Positions 14,680 through 24,849 of a stretch of DNA of 64,000 nucleotides are shown piece after piece; within the stretch, counting starts at the first letter, position 1, and each line of letters opens with the position of its first letter. Location of the stretch: positions 62,001 to 126,000 of the forward strand of contig NW_026864100.1 in assembly GCF_026571515.1 (NCBI RefSeq), written 5' to 3'. Source of the stretch: Ruditapes philippinarum. Taxonomy: Eukaryota. Under the pieces are notes generated by a model. The model was not told the origin of the DNA, did not search any database, and was given only the letters and a program-made list of their open reading frames with translations. A program made the position numbers and the translations under genes.

Positions 14680-15410
14680 TCTGTAGACAAACAGAAAATA
14701 TAATTCACTGGTAAAATCGCTCGTTCAATGTTATTGGCATCTTGTCATTGTGAAAAATAGACGTTCAATTGCATGGAATATGAAACACATTTTCTTGTAT
14801 ATAAGACAGGATTATCTACCGTTTACACCGATGCTAGAAAACCTGTCTTACATCGCCATGTAAGAATAGTCGCGTGCTTCAAATGATGTCAATGCCGCGT
14901 GCCTTTTATGTATGAATTGCGTTCTTAAGATGGCGTCATTTTACCGTTATGAATGAAGTTGTAAGTTCATACGCTACTTTAAGAAAAAGTGCGTAATACA
15001 AATGTAATAAAAATATCAGTTTTCATAATTTCTGTTCCGAAAACAATTGACATGTTATATGCAAGAACAAGAATCAAGCACCGGCTGTCGGTACAGACGG
15101 GAATATCTAGCTCTTGGGTAACTGTTTAGGGGAAACTAGACTGAGTCTCGTTACCGCCATAAACAGTTACATTGTCGGTTTGTACCGACAGCCAGTGTAA
15201 AATTTTTCTTCTTCTTGGAGACAAATAGGAAATATAACTTACTTGTAAACTCGCTCGTTCGATGATATTGACACCTTGTAATTGTGAAATATAGACGTGC
15301 CATTAACATGGAAAATCGAAAAGTTTTTCTTGCGTATCAAACAGGATTATCTATTGTTTACACCAATACTAGAAAACCTGTCTAACAACCCCAATGGAAG
15401 ACAAGTCGTG
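14680..15410 (+). repeat. ~195-bp direct repeat pair (~14680-14876 and ~15215-15410) around a palindromic Crypton-like remnant (~15075-15200)
   Basis: tcgctcgttc...caggattatcta...ctagaaaacctgtct occurs twice; inner inverted repeat ggctgtcggtaca / tgtaccgacagcc. Confidence 0.7.
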
Positions 15411-15920
15411 GGCAGATTAACTGCTATTAATCATTGATCGCTGTACATTTCCAAGGGTAAATCCTTTTATTTACAATAATAAAATGTTCAGCATGTGATT
15501 CAAAACTAATGAACGAGATATCAAACGTATTGATAGAAACTCGAAACGTCTTACACCATGCTTAAATGTCATTAAGCATACGTTAAAGACTGTCCTGGTG
15601 TAATATTCAAATTGACACAAGCCGTAAAATCAAAGGAAATCAGCGTTAATGCTCCAATTTGTGTTCCAATGTTGTTGTGTTGATGACATTAATTTCTGCA
15701 AAGCTTTAGTTTACAAAAAATATTATTTCACCTCTATATAGCAAATTGAAGGACTGTAAATGTGCACTAAATTACATGCATATTCATGTTTAAGTTGCTC
15801 AAAATACTGAAAAAGATATATAGCCAATGTTTTATGTGATATCAAAATGATGAAATTTGAAAACACCTGTTCATTGAAATGTCATATTGTGTTTGTACAC
15901 ATATTTGGTATTGCATTAAG

Positions 15921-15970
15921 TAAACATTGAGGAACAATGGTCTAACTGTATTTGTAAAGAAAATGATAAG
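15921..15970 (+). CDS. Candidate upstream GPCR micro-exon (xNIEEQWSNCICKENDK)
   Basis: Strong phase-0 donor AAG|gtaatt at 15970/15971 is compatible with the 16185 exon. The acceptor (cattaag|) is weak and there is no ATG. Confidence 0.3.
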
Positions 15971-16184
15971 GTAATTTACAGAATACATTCATACATTTAT
16001 ATATTCTGATATATATTTTCGAGATCATATTATGTTCCAATTCTCGGTAACGTTGCTTGTTACTGACTCCTTTCACTCGTTGGTTTTCAATCAGTGACGT
16101 CTTTGTATTAACAATTTTTATAAATCGTATTTTCGATAATTAGAAATATATCCATACTGTGAAACTGTGTATTTATGATTACAG

Positions 16185-16326
16185 GAATGTTATTATATTG
16201 GTCTTGGTATGCAATGGCTAAACGTTGTCCTTATATTATCCTTGAATACAGCTGTTATAGTTACAATACTTCGATACAAGAAGAAGTCTCGACTTTACTT
16301 TCTTCTCATGCATATGGCAATTGCAG
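16185..16326 (+). CDS. GPCR exon, TM1 to start of TM2 (ECYYIGLGMQWLNVVLILSLNTAVIVTILRYKKKSRLYFLLMHMAIA)
   Basis: Acceptor ttacag|G at 16184/16185; donor G|gtcagt at 16326/16327 (phase 1, splits the TM2 Asp codon). Confidence 0.85.
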
Positions 16327-19300
16327 GTCAGTAGCATGTAATTGTACAACATTAAACATGTGTTAATAAAAACGTTTGTCTAAGAATTTTGACACTTGGA
16401 ATAACAATTGGAAAAAAACAGTCTATACTGATACAGGTTTTCGTTTCCAAAACTTATCTTCTCAGAGAAAAGCCTGACGTGTTTATTTGTTCTATTCATT
16501 TCGATGCAGAAACCAATTAGCAAATTTTGCCTAAAGCAAGTAACTTTAATCAAGCAGAAAATTAGAAGTGCATTATCAATTCATTGGACAGGAATTGGGA
16601 AAATGACATTGAATTGAATGTATCGTTTTAAAGCATACGATGTTATCAAAGAAAATGTAAGATAAATATGTTTTTATTACTATGTAACAATCTTATAGAA
16701 ACCTTTGAGAGGCCCCGTGAATGTGTATATGATTTAAAAAGTATATCTAGATATGGGATAGCATGATTGAGTTAACTAGATGTTCAATTTTTGTTCATAG
16801 ATTTAACAACAGGTATAACGGACGCCTTAGTTAACGCCTTAGAACGATCATTAGGAGCAGAATATCTAATGTACTGGTGGTTTGCTGGGGATGTTGTATG
16901 CAGAATTCAACGAACACTGAGTAATACATCTTTGCTTGCATCTAACCTTATCCTTGCTGCAACTAGTGTGGATAGGGCTCTAGTTGTTGCTAAACCAATG
17001 CTCAACTTTAAAAGAGGTAAATACATATTCCACTTTTTAATAAATAGCAGCTACTTCGACATTACATTGTACCAAAATTTCTTTTTATGACTTATGCAGC
17101 TGAAACGTTCAGTTTTAATCCAAGATAGTAACCTTTATTTGGTTTGATTGCTATTCTATATACAGATATATTCACTTTTAATAGGCAAATATAAATTAAA
17201 GCGAATTTGATGTTTAATCATTTATTTTGTTATATGAATATGTGTTATTGTCTGTGTTATTTGTTGTCCATTGAAATACTTCTGAAATTTATAAGCAATC
17301 TCAAATAAAATACCGATTAAAACTGATTAGTAAATTTCACTGTTTTTTTCTGATTTTAGGAAATACCTTGCAGAAGATTCTTATTATTTGTTGTTGGTCA
17401 TTAAGTGCAGCTATTTGTAGCCCATTGCTTAAAATATACCATCAAGAAATAAAGGACCCGTACTTTATTGAAGGAAAGCAAAGTGTTCCAACGTGCACTG
17501 AAGGCTTCAAAGGAGACGAATGGAAGGTTTGCTGATTTGTATTGGCTAATATTGAATTAAAGAGCGATATAACTAAAAAGAAACATTAAATAGTCCAAGC
17601 AAATGAAAATATTTTTTTAAACTATTACATGAAATAGCTTGTTCTGTTTTGTGTCATGTGTTGTTATAGTACAAGGGCTGTACGAAAAAGGTGTGAACAA
17701 TAACTGTAAAACAAATACTTAACGCCTGAGTATGGAAAGCCATGGCTGTCTGATATTGCTCTTTTTCAATTTATGTAACCATTTGGATAATATATAAGTT
17801 CACTTCGACTATAATATATGACTTGAAAACACCTTCTTATTTAACCGGAATCCATTATATTAATCCACAGTTACAATATATGAAACCATACTGTCAGTGT
17901 ATGAAACCGAGTTAGCAATATATAAGTTGATTTTCTCAATATATGATTCCAATTCTTCAATATATTGTACCAAAGTAGCCATGTATGGAACCAGATATCC
18001 TTATATGAAACCAAATTATCAATATATTAATTCATTTTTACAATATATGAAACCATTTTATCAATGTATGGAGCCGAAGTATCAATATATAAGTTGATTA
18101 TCACAATATATGATACCAATTATTCAATATATGGAACCAAAGTAGCAATGTATGGAACCAGGTGTCCTTATATGAAACCGAATTATCAATATATTAATTC
18201 ATTTTTACAATATATGAAACCATTTCATCCATGTATTGAACCAAAATATCAATATATGAGTTGATTATCACATTATATGATACCAGTTCTTCAATATATG
18301 ATACCAAAGTAGCAATATATGGAACCAAAATGTCATTATATTGACAGGACTTTTTTAAAGGCTGTATTCTATCCTTGCACCGGTATTACAGTTTCGCGCC
18401 AATACACTTTTTCATGAAATCAATTATTTATTATTTGACAAGTTATTTTTAAACTTTGTGAGTACATTAACCTTGATGTGTCCTACTGGCCATGCCCATT
18501 TTTGATCAAAGGTAAAGGTCGAGATGAACTTATTTTTTAAAAATGTTTTTTGTTAATCTTAAATTATGACATACTTGTTGTAACTCGTACATATATAACG
18601 ATAAGTTTTGCCTGCCCAGACCATTTTAAATGAATGTGACGTTAAATTTAAATATTTCCTTATTTAGAAAATGTGCAGTATGCATTCAGTCTTTTGACAG
18701 TTCAACAAGGAATATTGGCGCGAAACTGTAATACCGGAGCAGGGATAGAATACAGCCTTTAAAAAAAGTCCCGTCAATATAATGACATTCTGGTTCCATA
18801 TATTGCTACTTTGGTATCATATATTGAAGAACTGGTATCATATAATGTGAAAATCAACTTATATATTGCTACTTCGGTTACATACATTGATAAACTGGTT
18901 ACATATATTGTAAAATTGATTTAATATATTGATAATTCGGTTTCATATAAGGGCATCTGGTTCCACACATGACTTACTTGGATCCATATATTGAAGATCT
19001 GGTATCATATAATGTGAAATCAACTTATATATTGATACTTCGGCTCCATACATTGATAAAATGGTTTCATATATTGTAAAAATGAATTAATATATTGATA
19101 ATTCGGTTTCATATAAGGACACCTGGTTCCATACATTGCTACTTTGGTACCATAAATTGAAGACCTGGTATCATATAATGTGATAATCAACTTATATATT
19201 GATACTTTGGTTCAATACATAGATGAAATGGTTTCATATATTGTAAAAATGAATTAATATATTGATAATTTGGTTTCATATAAGGACACCTGGTTCCATA

Positions 19301-22300
19301 CATTGCTACTTTGGTTCCATATATTGAATAATTGGTATTACCAACTCATATATTGCAACTTTGGTTCCATACATTGATAAAATGGTTTCATATATAATTG
19401 TAAAAATGAATTAATAAATTGATAATTCGGCTTCATATAAGGATATCTGGTTCCATACATGGCTACTTTGGTACAATATATTGAAGAATTGGAATCATAT
19501 ATTGAGAAAATCAACTTATATATTGCTAACTCGGTTTCATACACTGACGGTATGGTTTCATATATTGTAACTGTGGATTAATATAATGGATTCCGGTTAA
19601 ATAAGAAGGTGTTTTCAATTCATATATAGTCGAAGTGAACTTATATATTATCCAAATGGTTAAATAAATCGAAAAAGAACAATATCAGACAGCCATGGCT
19701 TTCCATACCTGAGCCCTAAATAAAGTTGTATGAGTGTATCACCAGATAAGAAACATTATTTAGAGAAAATACACATTCACTAAATTTTAAACCATTTATA
19801 CTGGGTGTGCTTCTGCGGCAAACAACAAAAATCGTCATTTTACAATCCTCATACATTGACGTGTAAAGAGCTGCTCATGTTTTAAGTAAAATATAAATGG
19901 TCATGTTTGAATCATTTTCTGCTTCAGTGCTGATAGACACATACGGTCATGTTAAAAAGGTAAAAAAAGTGTTAAGGTAACAATCTTTTACGAGCGTTAG
20001 CATACAAGCATACAGATGTGATCAGAAAAGTTGATGAAAGAATAGGGAAATAATATGATGCCCGTCGTCAAGCTGTCGCGAAAAGCGGAGAAAGTGGGAA
20101 ACATAATTGATAAAGACATACATCATGCAGTATGCAGTGTCTCCGAAAATTGAAATTGTAAAATTGAGAATTTCAAAAGACAATTTGTATATATTATCAC
20201 GTACATTTAGCAATGGCTTATCAAATTTTAGTAAGAAGCTTTAAGAAGTCGTTGGTCATGCCTTATTTGCGAGCCCTCGTATAATGCATAGATCCCTAAT
20301 CTGTTTAACTTTGATAAACAGATTAGTGGATACAATAAGAACAACATTACAACCTTTTCATTATCAATAGAGTTAAATCTATTGTTATTCAAATAAAGGG
20401 TCAGAGAAGGAATTCATCAATTATTGCAAGATCCAATAGTGTCTCTTTTTAGCTGTTGCTCATGGATTCCCATGTGTTGTCCAGCAAAAATGCTTTTACA
20501 ACAAACCTATCCGAAGATACTTGAAAACATCTTGTAACGAGATTTCTTTGGGAAAAAAACCCTTTCTTATAATCAAGTAAATAAATATTATTAATACATT
20601 GCATTTTTCTTTCAAAGTGTTACATTCAATCAGAGATGTTATATTTCCGATCCTTAAAGATCGTTCAGCAGGACATTATTGTTGTGCTTGTGGTAATTTA
20701 GTTTTTTCTATTCGGCTTTTTTCTTGTTGGGTGGTTCCAGTATTCCTCACTTGAATACTGTTGAATCACTCTTAGGATATGTGGCCTGCTTTTTAAATTT
20801 GTCTTTTGACGTCTTATCTGTGATATGCAGGCTTCATAACCTCTGATCCCCTTTCAAAATTCCATTTTATATTTCCGCCCATTATTTTCTCGTTTAGGGC
20901 ACACGCATTTTGTTTTACTTTTGGACCATATACCGCTTTTCATGGAATGGCACTTCCGTGTCACATTGAAGGTTCCATGATAACCGCCATATGAACACAT
21001 CTGCGGATGTTTCAAAATTCAAAATTGTACCTATTTTGTTTCATTTAAAGATATACTATGCTCAAATTTGATATTCGAAAATATTGATACACAGTCTCTC
21101 CGTATAAATAAAATAAACATGTTTTGACTTCACACAAAGAAGATATGTTTAAAATTCTACACATTATAGGTGGTCACAATCTGAATGTATATAATGTCTG
21201 TTTGTATTTAGGAAAGACCAACTTTACTTGACCTGTAATAGGAAATGCAGCTTTCTATATATAGTTTATCCATTCTTTTATTTCAAATAAAACATATTCA
21301 GTAAGAATTTCATAGATTTCAATACATTTCTTTGATTAAAAATATTTTACTGAAGGTTGAGAGTAGTATATCTTTAAAAACCTCGCACATCTATGGATAA
21401 ATGAGTTGTTTTCTTTAACTTACAGGTATTTTACGTCTTATATTTGATATTCTTAGTCCTGATACCGTTGTCTGTTATCATCATGAGTTATTCAATACTA
21501 ATCTACGCTATCTATAAGCGAGCAAGATCCCCACCAAACAGTAAGTATGATTTTGATATACTGTACAGATAAGCAAAATATGTGCATGCTCATTAAATGC
21601 ATACAGTATAGTAAATAATACTTCACCTTGATGAATTTCTGAATTGTTAAATGATCTGCTGTTTACTTCCTATCGCTGTGTTATTTAAGATCAATTATTA
21701 GGCGCGTGTTACGGATTCTGTGGAAATAGGTCATAGAATAAGTATAAGAGATGATCATAGCAATGCATTTTCATTATTTGATAATTTGTTTGATTACCCA
21801 TTACGTTTTTGTAATTTGATATCCGATATGCCAGTTGCAGTTATTCTAACGGTTCTTTGTTCAAACGTACCATGTGACTAAAATTGTATACTGTTACAAA
21901 GGTAACAGTAAAAATCTGAAAAATAAGAGCCTGAAGAGACGGTGTGGCCTCGGGTAACAGTATTTTCCTCGGGCTACTACGGTACATTGACACATCATAT
22001 CATGTTAATAATGGCGAAAGGACTGAGCATAAAGCAAATGTAAAATTTTGCAACTTAAATATCCTAAGTTATGTCATATATTGTACAACTAATTTATTTG
22101 TAGAGGTTATGTGAACACAAAAGTTTTAGTATTGAAATTCATTTGCATCTAATGAATGTTAAGAAATAAAAATGTTATAAAAATTAATTTAGAAAATATA
22201 AGTTTTCGGTTTGGTGTCCTGCTGGGCTTCTTGTGATGGTCCTTTGTCGCTGGGTCGTACTGGGGAATGCCTTCATTTAATGCCGTTCTCTTTTTTTGAT

Positions 22301-22982
22301 CTTGCTTTTCATGTTTGTCTTGCAAATAAGAGAAAAGAGAAACATAGCGTAACATATTGCAAGTAAGAATGAAAGATGGTTGTAAATTTTTTTTAAATTT
22401 TTCATATATTTCAAGGTATTCATGGGGTTGACAATATGAGAATAAGTTTAGTATTCAACAGAGGACTCCCAAGTTCAAAACGACGGAGCATAAAGTTGAC
22501 ATTTGGTATAGTTCTAGGTAAGATAAAAATCACATACTTAGAGAATTACGTCATTTTTGTATGTTATTGATTTCCACTTTTGATAAAATATTACGTAATA
22601 AAGTCGAAACTAGTAAAATGTGTTGATTTTTTTTCTGCATTATTAACAGCTATAGTCTCATGTAAGAACTCAACACAATTAATTTGTTGAATTTAATGTA
22701 CATGATCTTAAAGCAATTGCAACTATACTGACACTTACCGTGGTAAATTTTATTCATTGCCTTTATGTCATTATTGTCATGAACTTATAATTTCAAATTT
22801 CAGGTTTCATCGGTGCCTGGTCTCCATTTTTCATCATACTGTACATGAATATATTTCATAACTTCAGTAATCCAATTGTTATGCTGTTCATACCAGCGTA
22901 TTTCTGGAACTGTATCGTGAACCCGATAGCTTTCTTTATATTCCATAGACGAAGAGGATCAAATACAGCGTGTAGTGTATAA
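16185..22982 (+). CDS. Spliced class A (rhodopsin-like) GPCR, CCAP/neuropeptide S/vasopressin-superfamily receptor-like; join(16185-16326,16801-17016,17360-17526,21426-21540,22416-22517,22804-22982); 5' end incomplete
   Basis: Six AG/GT-bounded exons join in frame (921 nt = 306 aa + TAA). Motifs: TM1 ILSLNTAVIVTI, ICL1/TM2 KKSRLYFLLMHMAIADL, ECL1 WFAGDVVC, TM3 SVDRALVVAKPM, TM4 CCWSLSAAICSP, ECL2 Cys, TM5 LIPLSVIIMSY, ICL3/TM6 RGLPSSKRRSIKLTFGIVLGFIGAWSPFF, TM7 NCIVNPIAF. No internal stops. Confidence 0.9.
16801..17016 (+). CDS. GPCR exon, TM2-TM3 (DLTTGITDALVNALERSLGAEYLMYWWFAGDVVCRIQRTLSNTSLLASNLILAATSVDRALVVAKPMLNFKR)
   Basis: Acceptor ttcatag|AT; donor G|gtaaat; matches ORF track 16791..17090. 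Confidence 0.92.
17360..17526 (+). CDS. GPCR exon, TM4-ECL2 (GNTLQKILIICCWSLSAAICSPLLKIYHQEIKDPYFIEGKQSVPTCTEGFKGDEWK)
   Basis: Acceptor ttttag|GA; donor AAG|gtttgc; conserved TM4 Trp/Pro and ECL2 Cys. Confidence 0.88.
17731..19707. mobile_element. IS3EU-type foldback element (TAT..ATA, 6-bp TSD CCTGAG) in a GPCR intron; arms made of ~21-bp repeats in ~167-bp higher-order units
   Basis: TATGGAAAGCCATGGCTGTCTGATATTG / CAATATCAGACAGCCATGGCTTTCCATA; TSD at 17725-17730 and 19708-19713; arms ~17731-18354 and ~18763-19707. Confidence 0.92.
18359..18758. mobile_element. Kolobok-like MITE (TTAA TSD, ~46-bp TIRs) nested at the centre of the foldback
   Basis: TTAA|AGGCTGTATTCTATCC...GCGCCAATA and TATTGGCGC...GGATAGAATACAGCCT|TTAA. 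Confidence 0.75.
21426..21540 (+). CDS. GPCR exon, TM5 (VFYVLYLIFLVLIPLSVIIMSYSILIYAIYKRARSPPN)
   Basis: Acceptor ttacag|GT; donor A|gtaagt; TM5 P...Y motif. Confidence 0.88.
22416..22517 (+). CDS. GPCR exon, ICL3 to start of TM6 (SIHGVDNMRISLVFNRGLPSSKRRSIKLTFGIVL)
   Basis: Acceptor tttcaag|GT (AAG acceptor, the frame-preserving option); donor G|gtaaga. RGxxP..K..xKxTF pattern typical of CCAP/NPS receptors. Confidence 0.8.
22804..22982 (+). CDS. GPCR terminal coding exon, TM6-TM7 and short tail (GFIGAWSPFFIILYMNIFHNFSNPIVMLFIPAYFWNCIVNPIAFFIFHRRRGSNTACSV*)
   Basis: Acceptor tttcag|GT; WxP and NP motifs; stop TAA at 22980-22982. Confidence 0.88.
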
Positions 22983-24101
22983 TTCTAGTGATGCGGTTTT
23001 AAGACGATTTGCAGACTCAGCAAATTCTTCAAGGAAGTACGCCTATCAGAGATATAGAGAAAACACTTTTTGAAAGCAAATGTCAAAGAGAATAGTTGCT
23101 AGTATTTTGAGATAGGGCAGTAATATATTATCAATCATTATATTAGTCTTGTTTTTTATTCAATGTATTTTTGTGATATTAATTATATATTTATTTCTTT
23201 GTTTTTCGTTTCTTTTTTTGGATAAATTGTTGAAAAATACAAAATATAACAATTCGGGAAAGTGTAATGCAACAACAATGTATAAAAAGCAGTGTTGGAA
23301 AGTAGGCCTGCATTCAAAGATGAAAAAGAGGAATCAGACATATGGGTTTCTTATAGGAAGAGATGCAATATTCGTGGAAAAATATTTTGGCAGGAAAACA
23401 ATTCATCAAAGACTACTATGATTTTAAAAATTTTGTAAATATAAAAACGATTCAATTTTAAATCATCAATTTTCAAATTGTTTGCTTTGTTTAACAATGC
23501 AGGCAAATGATTGTTCAGTAATGAATGCTGTATTCTATGGAAACTCCAGGAATTAATTTCAAAAATATAGTTAGTGTGAGCAAAGTAATGAAAATGATTG
23601 ATCATATTGATATAATATTGATAGCTTAAACAAAAGTTTATACATGTATCAAATAATTGTTTCAAAACAATCAAAAGAAAATGCAATGTCGTCCCTTTTC
23701 TTGCTTTACTGTTTTCAATATTATAATTATAATATTATACTCGTACAAGTCATGTAAAATTCTTAATAATTGCAGATTACCATATGACCGCCGGCATAAG
23801 AAAATATAAGAAAACAGCCCTTCAAGTCAATTAGTTTTATTTATATATTTCTTAAATCTTTAATGGTAAACAACTGGAGGTTAAGATTTGCCTCATGTGG
23901 ATTTAAATAGGCTAGGATCTCACAAAACAAATCTTATGAAATAATAAAAGCAAATACAGTTATTTGAAAAATATACTCATTTAAAAATCTAATTTTCATT
24001 TATTTCTTTGCGTTAAAACTGTATACTCAACCAAAACGTTACGGTATTATATTAGCCAATATCTTCAAGATCACACTTATGCATTGGTTATCTTTATGTC
24101 T

Positions 24102-24849
24102 TGTATAGTCTGATTTTATTGACCTGTCAATTATGAATACATTATAGCACTCATTTAAATATTCGATCCCACTTCGGTTTGGTCCGTGTAGTTTACGAGA
24201 ATTAATGTATATTAGTATATGTGTATATTAGTCATGGATTGAAAGTCACGCCAGCTAAATGTGAAGGTTTTCGTTAATTCACAATAGCACAGTCGGTTAC
24301 GAGAATGCCTGATAATTGAGAGGTCTGTGGTTCGATCCTTACTGTTGCCATTGTTTTAAACCTACTAGTACTCTTTCTTTATTTTTGAAGTATATTTTAA
24401 GGGAACAGATTTGTTGTTTGTTTTACGGCATTGAAAAGACATTTATTGATTTTAATTCGTTTTAATTTGAAGCATGAATTCTTAAAATATGTCATTTAAA
24501 AAGAGTATAGACTTAACAAAATTAAGTAAAACATAATAAAACAAAACGAACGACAATAAAATTAATGATATATAGCTTCAATAATGTTGAAAGTATTAAT
24601 AAGAAAAAAAACATGGACCAACGCGGTCTCGAACTTAAAACACGTGTGGCACGTAGATTATTAACTCGTGCTTTACCCTATTGCGCTATAACGCTGAGTA
24701 CTTAGTTTATAAATACAAATTAAATTAAATTGCATCCTACAGCGAACATCCCACGGGCTTACCGGAAATCTACCCGAAGATTAATATACTGTGTGCATCG
24801 ACCGTGTAACCAGTATGTAATTGACAGGTTAATAAAATCAAACAATACA
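24102..24849. mobile_element. Degenerate inverted-repeat element (unclassified MITE)
   Basis: tgtatagtctgattttattgacctgtcaatta (24102-24133) is inverted as taattgacaggttaataaaatcaaacaataca (24818-24849). True termini and TSD not resolved. Confidence 0.55.

Noticed and set aside
17897-19544. Repeated ORFs MYETELAIYKL.. on both strands
   Set aside because: By-products of the 21-bp/167-bp repeats in the foldback arms.
20420-20620. Possible THAP-like remnant on the minus strand (FPK..SDR(V)C..HF)
   Set aside because: Needs several frameshifts; not supportable without a profile search.
22461-22462. Alternative CAG acceptor for the ICL3 exon
   Set aside because: Shifts the frame and reaches TAA within 10 codons.
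23200-23700. Possible L1/Tx1 ORF2 3' remnant
   Set aside because: Only vague motif resemblance across broken frames.
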